From the NCBI GenBank assembly GCA_040954595.2, contig CM082582.2:11399483-11463482 (forward strand): 64,000 bases of DNA, in the 5' to 3' direction. The translations under genes and the position numbers were made by a program. The stretch is from Balanoglossus misakiensis (lineage: Eukaryota > Animalia > Hemichordata). Below are positions 1 through 13,890 of this stretch, piece by piece (position 1 is the stretch's first letter; the number at the start of each line of letters is the position of its first letter). The notes beneath the pieces are model-generated. The model saw nothing but the letters and a program-made list of their open reading frames with translations, made no database searches and was not told the origin of the DNA.

Positions 1-137
1 TTACCTTTGGTGCTTTGAAAACACTAAGTTGGACCAAGTTTTTCCAAGGAAGCCTGCATATGTTTGGTCTGCTTATTTGAAATTTCTCACTTGAAAGTTT
101 AACTCATATTGAGATGATTCTGTTTGTTTTTTTCCAG

Positions 138-1326
138 ATTATTACAACAGTAAAGAAAATCCACAATACGAAACGTTACAGAATGCTATTGCACAGTTGA
201 GGGTGGATTCCGACAGAGACGTCAGGTTTTATGCAAACTGTTCCAATAATGCGTACATTAATTTCTCCGACATGGAACTTGATGTAAGTTTGTATAACAA
301 AGCACAAAATGTTTTGAGTGTCTGGAGCTAATGAGCATTATTTTTTGACAAAACAAGTATCCACAGTGAACAGTGTAAATGTAGTCTAGTAAGGGAAGAG
401 GTAACTTGGAGTTCAGTGGTCATCCAATAAACTCCAACCACCAATGAGAGACTTGCAGCCAGCTGAATCTATCTCTCTTGTCTCCACACCCTGATGTATT
501 TACACAAAATTTCTGGCATGAGTTTTATATATGTCTTTTTTTTCCATCTCTCCAACACTTTCTCTTTTGGCAAATATCTTCCTAGTTTTCTATTCACCCA
601 GGGTTCAATTCTGTTCTCTGTAGGGCAAATTAAAAAAGCATTTAGCCTGATGCGTTTTAAAAGCGGGTGTGTGCTCTCTCTCACACAAGACAAAGGTGGG
701 GGTCAGAAACTTTCGTTGCATCTTTTATCTTTTGGCTAACAACAGGCCTAGTGTCTGTGGGTTTGAATTTGTGTTCCGTGTGTGACCAAGCATGCCTTAC
801 AAAATGGAGTTGCTGCATGTTAAGTGTCTTCAGCATGGTTGTGTGACTGTCTTGGTGACATTTTATCAGTGGATGCAAGTATGATGATTAGCACTGGGCA
901 ATGACAATCCTATGATTTCAGTGCATTTCATGAGCCTCAGAAACTCATGTGTCTGACTTGCTGCAGAGGGACGTGACTGCTTAGCCTGTTTGTCTCGACA
1001 TCACATACATGTAGTAGGACTACTCATCTGTACACTTTTAGAGATATGCGCACTGATTTCTGAGCATGCTTTGAAATCTTCACCAGGGTAGCAAACAGTA
1101 CACACACCTTGCATTCTTCATTTAAGCATCTTTTACTTAGCAATGGGTAGTGCAAAATTATTTGATATACCGGTAACATAGTAGGGATTATGTGAGATAT
1201 TGAACACAGAGTAACTGTACATACTGGTAGTTCTAACCACATAGCTTGCGTCTTACACTTTCACTGGTGATAATTTTTGTTTCAAGTGGCTACTATTCTT
1301 TGTCTTCCCAGGAACCACCAGTGTAG
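138..1326 (+). CDS. PPP4R1: 3' end of serine/threonine-protein phosphatase 4 regulatory subunit 1-like gene (partial; exons 138-283 and probably 1312-1326)
   Basis: Acceptor tttttccag at 137, then (D)YYNSKENPQYETLQNAIAQLRVDSDRDVRFYANCSNNAYINFSDMELD and donor GTAAGT at 284. The LxxDxDxDVxxxA terminal HEAT motif resembles the PP4R1 C-terminus as recalled. A candidate last exon after tcttcccag gives EPPV-stop, and AATAAA occurs at 4355-4360. Confidence 0.65.
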
Positions 1327-4300
1327 TGTGACCTTTCTCCGTATAAATAGTTCTCCTTCCAACTCCGTACAACCAATACTGTCAAAGAAGAGGGGCCTGT
1401 TCATCAACATATACGCCACAAGTGTCTTCAAGGATCCATGGTCCCCATCCAAAAGTCTTCCCAGTAAAGTCAGCTACATCCATCACTCCCATTCCTGCAG
1501 ACGGGATTTCAAATGTGACCAACATACACCTGGACGGGTTCACACCGAGATTGCTAGGGATTGCGGTGTGAAAATAAAGGTCTTTTTCATGAAAAAAAAA
1601 ATGAAAGATGTGTTTCCAGTGAACATGAAGTGTGCATTGTTGAATCAACTGAGATGGTTGAGTTCTTATCCCTCCATGGTTACAACCAGTGGCTGGGTTT
1701 TGATAACATTTCTGCCTGATGAAAGCAAGAATCTTGCGCGCTGAGAAAATGAAAGTCATCAATTGGACTACATGTATCAGATATATGAGCCATCAAGTAT
1801 ACATGCCCTATCACTCCATGGCGTTTGTTCACATAATGCATTTACTGAGCCATGCTTTGTTTATGTGTACAAAATTCAAGATGAAGAGAATAAAATAATG
1901 CCAGGACTGTCAACACCATCAGGGGAGAACCATCCAGACCAAGTCTTCTCGAGTAAAAAATAAAAATTGTGTACCTGTTCAAGATAGCGGAACGAACAAC
2001 AAATAAGTGTCTTTTTACGAATACAGAATCATGGCATTACAATGTCCAATGGTGCTAATTTATTCCAAAATAAGTTTTTTTAGACAGTTGTATTTTTTAG
2101 ACTGTGAAAAGGACAAAATTGAACCTAGTTGAATACACTTTCATTTACCTTCGGTGTAGCTATCAAGAGACTGGAAACGGAAACACGCAAAGTTGTCTGT
2201 GGTAGATTTTTCCGAGAGAGAATTGTGGAAGAGACAATGCATTTATATCTTTATAGAGAACTTTAACTTGAATACCAAAGTTTTGAACTCTGCTTCAGTT
2301 AACTTTAATACTCTTGTAGCTCTTTCAAATGATTCTTAAATCTTAACCCAAGTGCCTTTCTTGATGAATTCGACAATACATAATCTGCTGTGTGCCTAAA
2401 AGGATTTCAATGGTCTGGTTTTTTTTTCTTTTTTCGACTGTAATTTTTTTCCCCACCGTTTCTTGGAATGAAGATTTGCTGGTACACTGTAGTAGCCTGA
2501 ATCAGCAATTCTGTGCTTGACTGATGTCCCTTTACCTATTGGCTGGCTCGCTTTAGTACACAATTTTGCATGTTTTGTTGTGTGTGCGTGTCTTTTACTT
2601 TTTTTCTGACTTTTCCTGGTTTTCGTTTTTGAATCAGACATAACCAACCACTTAGTATGCAATTTCCAGTCATTAGCCACTCAGGTATACGCGGTATTAA
2701 CCCATTATATTAAAAGTGTCCAACATTTGTTAGGAGAGACAGAGAAAAAAAACCCCACAAAATCTCTCCAAGAAATGTTGCTCCAAGTAGCGGTAATTAC
2801 TTCGGAAGTTTATTAGTCAAATAATGAAGACAGCAGAGATCAGGAAGACAATTCAAGACGTAGATGTTTTGAAGTGTGTTGTAACATAACAATGTTTTAT
2901 ATAATCTGGGTTTGAATGAATAAAACGAAATGAGCTGTATTTTAACACAGTCAGGTATGGGATAGTTCCGCTTAACTATTATTACTATGATGTCTTAAAC
3001 AAAAAGTAGGGTTATGATTTTTGTAAGGTATTTTTGTACATTTGCCAAAAGGAACAATACTATTTACTGAGGATTTTGTTTTCCTGTTTGCCAAAGTCAA
3101 GTCGACTATTAAACAGATGTGGTGTGAGGATTGGGGAGATTTTGGCAGACGAGTTTCTTTCATATGACAGGCATCACAAGTCTTTCATAGTGATTCAAAG
3201 GGTTTTATGACTACTTTATGGGTGGGTGTGGGGGTTTGAGGGGCACTGTGGTCATTTCTTTCCCACATTTGTGTATCTTCCACTTCAGTGTAAACCTGTA
3301 AATCCCATCATTGAAAGTCTTTCCCCCCTGTTCTTTGTGGAAGGGCCAATTGTTTAGCAGTGTTTTGACACATCCCACCCAGGGTTTTGAAATACACCTC
3401 ACTTTGTCATCGTTTAGAAAACAACACTGATGATAATTTTTATCCCATTTTGTCAAGAGTGAAAACAATGTGTTGATAAAATGGAACAGTTTTATAGAAT
3501 GCCACATAAGAATCCCAACATTTTTAATGGCGAAGTATTGTCCAAATAAAGGACTATGAATTTCTGCCTGCTGTGTTGTTGAAATTAACATTTTTCAGGC
3601 AAGGTTCTTGATCTGACAAAACTGCTAAACTATGCATTTTATTGTATAAATTTACATCATGTTGTCTTTTGAACACATACAAGTGGTACTGTCTTTAGTT
3701 ACTAGCCTTACTGCTGCATTGCTGAATTGTTTCTCAAATTCTGTTGCCTTGTAGAATTGCACAAGTCCTAAGTGCCTTTCTCTAGAACCCACCGCCCTGA
3801 ATATACCCATCTCAACTTCTGGAGTGAGCAGACCCTTTCTAGCTTGTCTCAGTCAAAAGAGCCTTATGTGAATAATGCAGTAATGACATGTCCTGCCAAG
3901 TAATCTAAACACCCCAGTAAAGAATGGTATATTCCATGTAACTACATGTACTATGGGGAAGACAAGTCATGCCATCTCAAAGGAAGGGGTAACTTGAAGC
4001 ATTCTAGTTTTGTGATCAACTTGAAACACATTCTTGTGTCCCCCCACACCCTATCCCAGGTTAGCCTATCAGTAATGTGTATCTCACCAAGCAAGGGCAA
4101 TTTTGCATTTCTACTAAATCATGGATTATATCTTAGTGCTGCATTCGATATCTAACCAATGGAGATCACTATGGAAACCAGTTGAATTCTCCTTCCACAG
4201 GTCACACAAAGATATGTCTTTCTTGTGTGCTTTATTATTATTTTTTTGTGTCTTTATTTTTCTTCATTCTATTCTTTTGATGAACTTTATCAGATTTGTG

Positions 4301-4459
4301 CATATGTATATGATTCTGTAGTGTAAGTCCAATTTACAGCGGATATTTCAAGAGAATAAAAGTAATGTCTGATTAGACTCGTGAGCTGTCTGTCCAATTC
4401 TGTAAGTGGGTGTACTTCTTATATAAGTGGGACTATGGATCCATGTAAGAGAGTACAAA

Positions 4460-4540
4460 AAGTACACAAGAAGAAAGAAGACAAACTCCAGCAATAACAG
4501 AAGGGGACCAAGCGCCCTCAGGAGCTTGGTCCCCTAAAAA
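4460..4540 (-). mobile_element. Truncated terminus of a Helentron/HINE (DINE-1-like) non-autonomous element
   Basis: Perfect 12-bp inverted repeat AGGGGACCAAGC-N10-GCTTGGTCCCCT (4502-4535). On the minus strand it is preceded by a T-run and followed by TCTGTTATTGCT and a TTC-rich tract, matching the subterminal-IR/IR/microsatellite layout of HINEs. The other end was not found. Confidence 0.45.
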
Positions 4541-5521
4541 TGAGTCCTTTTGGGGCGAGGTTTCCTGGCAGCGCCCTCGACGTCAAATGACCACATTCTT
4601 TTGTTTGAACAGACTGGAATTTTATCCGCACTGAACTGCAAAATGCTTACGATTATTTTTCGTTCTTGCTGCCATTTTCATATAAATGGTAAACGTAAAA
4701 TCCCGTTGACGAGCGCCTTTTTCGATGATTGGTTTGGAATTTACCGCAAACCTTTCGGCTTTTAATATTGAGAAGTCGTGCGATTTTCAAAGGTCCATTG
4801 ACGATCTGTACTCGTTGTTTTGAGAATCGAATTATCCAGCTTTTATCTTATACAATATCTGCAATTAAATTATTCTGATTTGATGAGATTTTGGGTAATT
4901 TTAAACCTGATGAAATTTATCTCACATTTTCTGGGTTGGATTGTCACAGTTGCAGTATACTTCCCAAATTTGCTTCGTGCGCCCTCCTCCGCCAAAGATT
5001 GCGGAATTCCCCCAAAATCATCCACTCACTGCATAGGCTGCCACCATCGCCACGATATAGTGAGGATCGGAAAGTATATTTGAGATTCAGTTAGACAACG
5101 ATGGAATGAAAAACAAATTGTTATAATATTTACATTTTCTTTCCCTCTACTTTACGAACGTAAGGTTCCACAATGAATCCATCATCTTATACTACAAGAT
5201 ACAATATGGGCCGGTATTGTTTAAGTATTGTTTCAAAGCCTAAATCGTGGGAGATCGGATAAGAACATTTCATGTAACAGGAATTATCTTTTATAACTTG
5301 AAAAATAAAATAAAATACGTGTATTTACTTCTCCGATAGTATTTGTACCAACAGCAGTTATTACAGACTTCTTGAAAAAAGAGTCGTGATCGTGTTACGT
5401 TCTTTTCAGCTTCAAGTTCGGGAGATTTTTTACTAAAAACTTTTTTTCTGGAAAATAGATTAGCCAGTAGCCACAAACTTTGCAGTACTACTATAACCAT
5501 AGTCACTGCGTCACTGCAACT

Positions 5522-5551
<30 letters not shown>
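5522..5551 (+). repeat. (GA)n microsatellite
   Basis: gagagagagagagaaagagagagagagag seen directly. Confidence 0.9.
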
Positions 5552-5552
<1 letters not shown>

Positions 5553-6379
5553 GATGTCCAACTTGAAGACACCGATCCTGACAGGTTTTTGTTCTGTCGG
5601 CTGCATCCTTGACAACCAGGTTATCTAGATGGATTTTTATAATTTACCGCGTGGTTGGCGCTTTTGGCCTAAATATCATGTCGGAATTTATGAGAATTAA
5701 TACAATTTTCATAGAATTCTCTAGGCCTGTCCCGTCCTCATTTTCTCCCAAAGTGACACCAGTCCCAGAGGGATAATCCCCTGAAACGATCGCGTAAAAC
5801 CTAGCTTAGGCCTAAAGCTTGATAATTTTTTACCACACAGGAGAAATTAATGGTTTACATAATATGCAGGCAAGAAAGTTTTAAATTACGATATTGTTAT
5901 ATACATGTACAGTGGCGGTTGCCATAGAATTTGTATATATGAAACAAGTTTCTCTTGTGAAAACACTACTTTATAAAATTATCGAACGCTAGCCAAAGTG
6001 AATCGAATCAATGGGTCTTAACAGATCTGCGAAATTGAATTATAATCTTTCCTTTTCAGGACCGATTCAGAATTAACCGGAGGCATAAAATTTCTGCCTT
6101 GGTGTAATTGTTTGTGTTGAGGTTTGCGTTCCCACTAAACCACAAATGTCCTTTTTCGTACGTAACGAATATCATGAGTTTTCGAAATTCTCTATAGACC
6201 GGTCGATGCCAAACAGAGTCTTGTCGCGAATGATGCGGCTCCTCCATCACTCGGTTGGTTGAGTTCTTCGGTAACAAGGGCGCATTCTTGAGCGAACGAT
6301 GGCATTACATTACGGTTATCATATAAATTAATAAATTATGAAAATAGCACTAAACATCGAGTGTGTGGTATTTTAATCA

Positions 6380-6480
6380 CACGCATGTTTGCGCAGTTGA
6401 GGGAAATCGGTCATGCGCGTTTCGTTGCGCAGTAAATTGTTTATAGGAAGCGCGTTTTGTGTCATGGCGGATGGCCAACG
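6380..6480 (+). promoter_or_regulatory. CpG-rich promoter-like region, probable distal promoter of the NWD-like gene
   Basis: CpG-rich island at about 6150-7800 with NRF1-like CATGCGC/TGCGCA motifs and a YY1-like CATGGCGG at 6463, just upstream of a candidate first coding exon at 6886. Confidence 0.5.
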
Positions 6481-6885
6481 TGCCTTCTGTATTCCCTCTT
6501 CATCAGGAAGACGTCAAAAGGGTTTTGTCCGACAGCTGTTTATTCCCGGTCGCGCCACTTTGGATGCTGAGTTGCTAGGTCACGGGGAAACGTGAGGGGT
6601 CAGTGACTGCGCCACTTAAAGCGGGCCAGCAGGAGTGTCAGTTGAATTATGCACAAGTTTATTTGGCGAAACTATGGTGACTGACTGTACAATAGGGGAG
6701 AGCATAAGTATTGAACCTCATCACTGTTCAGTTGCGCCTCCCAAATAAACCTACTTGTCGTGGTAGGACAGACGCTTGTTTGTGTGTCAACACCCTGAGA
6801 GACTCAGATCCTTCGAGAACAGCTCAAGTTGCGCTTTATCACCGCATCATTTTCTTTGGTGCAGAAGACGTGTATATACGGAGAG

Positions 6886-6944
6886 ATGGGAAGTAGTTGT
6901 TCGTCTGCTCAAGCTGTGAATGGAGGTCGTTCCAATACAAAGCC
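6886..6944 (+). CDS. Alternative first coding exon A of the NWD-like gene (MGSSCSSAQAVNGGRSNTKP)
   Basis: Strong Kozak gagATGG, myristoylation-type MGxxxS with Cys5, 59 nt ending in a phase-2 GTGAGT donor. In frame with the acceptors at 27686 and 32364. Confidence 0.6.
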
Positions 6945-8239
6945 GTGAGTACTACTACAGCTACTAAGTTGCAATGTTGTCAGGGGTGACGTTGAAATCG
7001 ACATTATTCGCGGAAAATGGGCTGAAATCAACATACAAGTTTCAGACTCGCGTGACAGAGTGAGCTAGCACGTTCACCGTATATTTTTTATGGACATTCC
7101 AGTCAATAAACCGCGCAAAATATTTACTTCGGTGAGCCCTCTCCGTCTCACAAGTATACTGTGAGTGTAGAGGAAAGTATATACATGTACCACACCTCAC
7201 GGTCGGTTTTCATCTTAACGTGTAGTTGTCTCTTTCAACAGCAAGCTGCAGTGTGGAACTGTCATCTTTTGATATTTTCTCCAAGTGCGCATGCAGTGCG
7301 AGGACACAGTCGCTTGGACACAGCTTCCAATCCAAGCGATTGTGTACGAGGACAGTATGCATGCAGCCGTTCGAGAACAGGCCAGCGCTGACCGCGGTTT
7401 TAAGTTTCCTTGCTCCGGTCGACTTCTCTCACTTGCGTTGCGGGCTTCAAAGTGATACGGTCTCCTGCCTTCCACTGTCGGGAAAACGGGGGAATTTCTA
7501 CCCCAAATTCCTTCCCAACATCCAAAGCTTTCAACTTTCACGGGCGGTGCAATGTCTTTGAAAAAAATGCAACCGTGTAGAATTTGGCGTAAACTATGCT
7601 AAGTTTACCGTGACAAAGAGCGTTCTCAAAGTTTTGTTTCCCCCACGTACACTTTGAAGCATTTGTAAATACCCGGTTGCGGAGAAGCTGTTTGCGTTGG
7701 TAGCCACGGGATTAAAAGTAAACCGTAGAAAACGTTGCCATGCTAAGAAACACGGTAGCCGGCGACTGAGGCGTGCAACAGACCAAAGACAACTTACGAT
7801 GATTAAAATTCGTATGACGAAAGCAATTGATTTCCGATCCGCTATGTCTTGTTGAGCGTCTCCACCCTTTTTTGCCGAGTCTTTTGTTGTCTTTGTGTAT
7901 CCATTAATACCATTGAAAGGTTACGTAAATCTTAAAACTTCCTTACAACAACTTTTCCGCTACACAATACTTCGAGTGTGCTAGTGTACCAAAGTTTACA
8001 GAAGGAATTCGAAACATATCTTGACACCGCACTGGGAAAAGTTACTTTGCGTTCGTTCTGCGAGAGTGTCCGGCGCGGCACTGCTTCCCTAGGGAGGCGG
8101 TGCGGCCAAAGCCGGACACTCTCGCTCGTAGTCGTACTCTTAGGAATTATTTGCATTTATGTCATACAGTGCAACATAAACATAAGTTTTTCCACCATAT
8201 TATAGCTCATCTTTCCATGAACTGCTTAAGGAAGGGATG

Positions 8240-8252
8240 AGGTCAAAGGTCA
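8240..8252 (+). promoter_or_regulatory. Perfect DR1 nuclear-receptor element AGGTCA-A-AGGTCA
   Basis: Exact consensus direct repeat (HNF4/COUP-TF/RXR type) seen in the sequence; function not shown. Confidence 0.4.
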
Positions 8253-11166
8253 GAACCACAGAGCATCATGGGTAACTTCATTGTGTGCCAGCTAAGGGTA
8301 ACTATGGTGACAGATAACCATCAACACATTCTTCAGATCATCACAAACTATCAAATAAGAATACAATATGCCATATTTCTCTTCACGAGACATTGTTTAC
8401 ATGCATAGATTGGGTTAATTCTTAATGATATATATTTGAGAGAGAGAATAAAAATATCCCGATATATGAATTGAACACAGTTATCACTATCAGACACATA
8501 GGTTTGTATTTCATATGCTAGACGAGATAGCAACTGGATACAGAGGATCTATCAAATACAGCAACAGGTGGGATGCTCCTTGAAGCAATCTACTAAAATT
8601 AGAATGCAAAACGCGTGGTCCTACTGTAAAATGACATTTACCAAAAAAACATCTGCATATGGCACTATAACATTGTTACTGTCATCAGATTGAATGGTTT
8701 GTTTTCAATGTGGCCAGATAAGTAGATTTTGTCGTGATGAATTTTGAGGAGCATGTTTGTTACATGTAAGTCTGTTTTACCATATGATCTTTCATGTGTT
8801 ACTGTAGGAAATGAAAACAAACACAAAAACCCAGCTTCAAGTGAAAAATGTCTCACATAGCTGCAATATTTCACATCTTCCAAGGTTATACCAGTAAGAT
8901 AGGGTTAGTGGGTGGACATTTGTTGTCTGTTCTGCAGAAATAATCTTCTCTTTGACAGTTTGAACGATATATTTTTGACGTCTGTCCTGAGGAAGTTGTC
9001 TTGATAATTACATGGGAATCTTCATTTTGAGTGACAAGGAGCTTTTAGTGAGCATTTTAAATCAATGTCGTACTTTGAATAAATGCAGTTTGTAGTGTTC
9101 ATAATTTGTCAACATGTCAGGGTACACACAATTACGTTATTGTTAGATTTGTATGCAATTCAACACCCACAAACAGTGTGTGTTACCTGTGTATAGAAAG
9201 TGCCTAGAACATGTGGGCATGCTGGCTAAAAAGCTGGTACCGGTAATTGGCAAAAAAGATAAACAACCTTTATGTGACTTTTCAGTGCCTACCAGCATGG
9301 GGGCAGAGTGTGCAGCTCACTGCCACGACTGTTGTTCATCCCTAATGCCTGTTTGAGCTGTTTGATAATATATTTTCAGTATTTTAGTTGTGTTTGTATC
9401 ATCTAATTTCTCTTCAAGTTTTGAAAACATGTTGAAACACTTTTGAGCCTGTCAGTACCGTCTTAAAGGTGTGACGTTATGCTGTTTACAACTGTATTTA
9501 CGTCAGACGCAATAACAATAGTGGGCGATTGAACAAACATGTTTTGCAGCATTGTCAAGACTTTCAAGAGTTTCAAAATGATTTGAATAATACTGTAGTG
9601 CCACATGTACCATGTGTGAAATGAAATGAACTTGAAAAATAAAATTATAATCAATGTCTTCTTTTGAAAGTGCATGTGAATTTTAAACTATTAATGAACA
9701 ATGCAGTCTTTTGAAACTTAAGTCTTAGTCGCCTGGACAAGTATGTGTCATTCAATTCAGAATACTGTCTTGTCTGAGACAATTGCCAAAGTTAACCAAT
9801 CATGATATTGATTTTCACCTTCACAATCGACCTGTAACCCCAAGATCATTGTTTCTTGCATCTGGTTGTAGGGAGTAAAAGATATTGCAGTTCACACACA
9901 CAGAACAAAATGTACAGAAAAAAGTTACAGCTAATGGAGGTCAATATGTACTGAATGATTCCTGTATAGTACTTTTATATCTATTTTCTGAGAATAATAT
10001 GGTGTCCCCATGGGAAATCAGCCTAAAATGATGAAAAATGCCAGTAAATTGTCAAACAAAGAAAGACAGTTGCTTTACAGTTAATAATCATGTTTTGCCA
10101 TAAAATTAACCCTTAATCGTAATTAATACAGATATAAATAGAGTATAAAATGATAATACAAGTACAATGATGGTTTTTGTATCTGGATATATTGTTAGTG
10201 GCTTGCTGTAGGTTTCTATTGCGTTGGCTTCAATACAGCTTTTTGCCAATCTGAGGTGTGAAGTGTTAACTAAAAGAAAAATATCTACTCTTTAAGTAGA
10301 CCTGGAATTTCCACTTCCCATACTGTAATAAGATGTGAGGAGTGTTTTGAAAGGCTGTATTTCTTTGCCGGTGTTCCGTGATCAATTGAACACGATTCGC
10401 CACAAGCCTTCCCCTCTGGCATGTTTTAAACCACAACATGTCCTTTGTACAAATAAGAAGATGCACGAAAGAATAGATCTGAAAGATATTGCGCAGAAAA
10501 ATAACGAGTTGGCATGTTTCCAGTAAAAATTTTCATCACTCAGAGTAATGTAGTGGTGTGAAGAAGTCCAGGTGTTTTGCTCTAATCACCCATTCATATC
10601 TGTCGACTGAAAGCAAATTCAGTTTTTTTATTGACAGCATGCCAGTACTGCTGCCAGTCAATATTTGTAATCTTTCCCGATAGCCTTGATTTTTACTGTT
10701 TTGAAGAAAACAGAAAGATTGTTTTCTCCTTCAAAGTGTAAATTGTTTATGTTTTGGAGGAAGAAACAGACCTTGGTGTGACCATCACAAGAGTGATTCT
10801 CGTGAGTGTATAGTTTAAAAGTTCATAGACAGAACAGAATTTCGTTGAAATATCAGCATTTCTGCAGCTTCTGTTGTGGTAGGTTATTCTGCTCTGCTTT
10901 TGCATTTAATAAGCTGCTGATATCACATTACAAAAGCATTAAACCACAGTTGGTGGAGTGATGATGAGCTAGGAAACCCCTCCAGACTTGTATAACGATA
11001 CCATTCACTTTATTACCATTAACATGTTTCATGATGAAATCTTCATGCTACTAAAATATTAATGAAACATTTTTAATATCAAGGAATATTACAAATCTAC
11101 AAGAAAATGAAATAACTGAACTAGGTATGATTCACCCTGTTTTTTCTTTCATTAAAGATTTTGCCT

Positions 11167-11470
11167 AAGCTGTATGACATAAGGGACAATATTAATATTG
11201 AAAAAATGATCAACTTTCCTTACTTGTACAGTAATATTCCGTCAGCTCCAGCGTATGGTGTATTCATTTCGCAACTCCTGAGATATTGTGACTCGTAGGA
11301 AGACTTTTTCAAGAGTGAGACACAGCTTATAAGCATGAAAGCCAGTGAGATAGGGATTTTCAGTAGATTAGTTAGATCATTTATTTTTGAAAATTCTATG
11401 GTGGATATGGAGATGTTGTGTTCAAATATTGATACATCTGTCACTCAAATGATGAGTGACAGCATTCCTG
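11167..11470 (+). mobile_element. Degraded Penelope-like retroelement fragment (C-terminal/thumb part of the reverse transcriptase)
   Basis: Translates as KLYDIRDNINIEKMINFPYLYSNIPSAPAYGVFISQLLRYCDS*EDFF..., then after a frameshift KFYGGYGDVVFKY. This matches the recalled KLYDKRDDF..NFP..SNIP..PAYGVYISQLIRY..KFYGR motif series of molluscan PLEs. It carries a stop and frameshifts. Confidence 0.8.
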
Positions 11471-13850
11471 GATTTGATACACAGTATTTTAGTTGCAAGG
11501 TGTAAATTTTTCCAGTATTGGGACTGTACTACACAGTACTGCAAACATGGCTACCGACAACTGCACTGTGTGCATTAGAATCCCAGAGTGGCTTTGCTTT
11601 CGAGGAGAGCAAACTCAAACCTGAGTGGCATAGTGTATCTTTAAAATAACTACTCCCCGACAAGTCAACATTGGCACTCCAAAAAGCCCTGCTCACATTT
11701 CAGATCCATGAATTACACAGGCCTTATCTTGATTGTGGCCTTAGGGTACACAATGATAAGATGGCTATCATTTATCAGTGGTGATTTAATTATAGATGAG
11801 ACAGGCGAATGTTTCTCCTGCTGCCATGGTAACGGCACAGATGGAATCAGTGCTGCCCCTCTGTTCTGCTGTGTTAATTGGCAACTCGGAGTACAACTTT
11901 TGGTACGTTAGACTTGTAGTTTGTTTCAGTGACAACTTCAAGACTTTTTTGTCACCCAATTGTTAAATCTGGATTCACACAACAGCCTCTTGTTATGCAA
12001 TTAATTTGAGCAATCAAACTGGTGCTGGCCAGGTGTTGAATTCTGTGGAGAATGGGTGGGGCGAACCAAACAAAACACTGTCCAGTCATTTATGGAGTGC
12101 ATCATTAAGCTGTTCTCCCCGTTTCCCTGCATATGGGTTCAACCGTGCCATTGAAAACAATAGGGATGGATCAAACAGTGTCAGTGAATAGGTTGTAAAG
12201 GTAGATAAAAACTTGTCTGTCTCTGTTCTCTGTAAAATACCAGTCACTCACTTCTGCAGTGAAACACTGCAAGCAGAGGTACATACAAAATCAGCTTACT
12301 CAACAAACAAGACAACTTTGAATGATGTTGATCTGCTGTCCAGACAGAGCAAATGAAGATTTACTGAGTGCATTCCTATACAAACCAAATTTAATATCAT
12401 GCAGGTGATAGAAAAAATGTTGAAAGCCAACTCATTTGGATTCACCATTGATTTGTTGTAGCATGGTTGTGTCATTTTGCTTATCTAATTGGTTGCCATA
12501 GTGACCATGAAAATATTTTGCTCGCTGAACAGCCCCCAATTGGCAATCAGTAAATTTGATTAATTGTAGACTAAGGATTTTGATAATCATACTCATAACT
12601 GTGTTTCTAGTGAGTGTTATGCAGACTGCATTAAATTGATTTAAAAATGCCTGAAATTTTGTTCACAATATGATCAAACCAAAGTGGTAGGTATCCTCCA
12701 GTTGGCTACCATTCAAGTATGTTTACGTGATTGTATAATTTCATGTACGCAAAACTAAAAAAAGGTTGGCATCTTTATGGTTTTATAAAATAAGAGATTT
12801 CTTTTTTGGTTAATGTCTTTTAAAAGGTCAGATATGGGAAAAGTTTTAACACTGTTGACAATATTTTTGAACTATAATTAAGTCGTTTATTTTTGTACAG
12901 CATACCATTGCTGTGTTTGTGTAATATGGTAGGACGCAGTTCATTTAACTTCAGTCATATTGCTTCTGTAGTTCAGAGATGTAAAATATGTCCATTACTT
13001 CCGAGTCACCATGGCAATTGACAGATTTTTCCTGGTGGTGATGACAAGAAAACATATGCTGTCATCTGATGTAGCTAGTTGTTTGTTGCTGTAGAAACTC
13101 CCGTTATTGGTGGAATATCATTCAGTGTTCTGTCATCACCAACATTCCCTTGTTCCCAACATCGCTACCACACCCATATTGTCATATGTGCTACGCTGTT
13201 TCATCTGACATATTGTAGCTTATAGCTATACTGCAGTCGTTTCACATGCAGTGATATGTTTGCCCGCTGGACAGTCTCAAACTAGAGTTCTTTAACTCCT
13301 TCTGATATTAACTACTGAAACCTTTTGCATATCCTTCGCTTAGATACTTTATCAACTTGGAGGATAAATAATTTCTCATGCGAAACCAAAGCGTTTAAAA
13401 CTGGTGCACCTAAAGTGGACAAACATCAAAGATTGACATATGTCACAACTCTAACCTTTTCACTTTTCTTCTCTTAATGGACTGAATTGAATTAGTGACC
13501 ATATATTATCCGAAGTTGTCAGACCAGTGACATGCTGAACTAATAAGTGTCCACTTTACCCTCATCAGAAGTCAGATTTAGACGATTAATAAAAGGTTGC
13601 ATATAGCGATGCAGTATTTCATGTGTGTTTATCACATGACCTGACCTAGATTTCACCTGTGTGATGTATGGTCAAATACTGTTAGGAGTTGCATCAAAGC
13701 TAGTATTGGAAAGGACTGTGATAAAACCATGGGAATACCGGTATACATGTGTGTATTCCAATGTATTTTGTTTGTACATGTACTACTATTCCTTGACTTT
13801 CTTTTTTGCATCTCCTTGGGTTTATACCATTAGATTGGTCCCCATCACTT

Positions 13851-13890
13851 TGTCTGTCTGTCTGTCTGTGCATCTGTCTATCTGTCTGTA
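13851..13890 (+). repeat. Imperfect (TGTC)n tetranucleotide tract, possibly a HINE/DINE-like relic
   Basis: tgtctgtctgtctgtctgtgcatctgtctatctgtctgta seen directly; GTCY tracts are typical of DINE-1-like elements. Confidence 0.6.

Noticed and set aside
1277-1762. Overlapping 155-aa and 126-aa ORFs
   Set aside because: They lie in the presumed PPP4R1 3' UTR, show no recognisable motifs and have non-coding composition.
8268-8297. MGNFIVCQLR as another myristoylated first exon
   Set aside because: The nearby GTAACT donor is phase 0, out of frame with the NWD acceptors.
9297-9356. MGAECAAHCHDCCSS acylation-like start
   Set aside because: No good phase-2 donor; the ORF simply ends at a stop.
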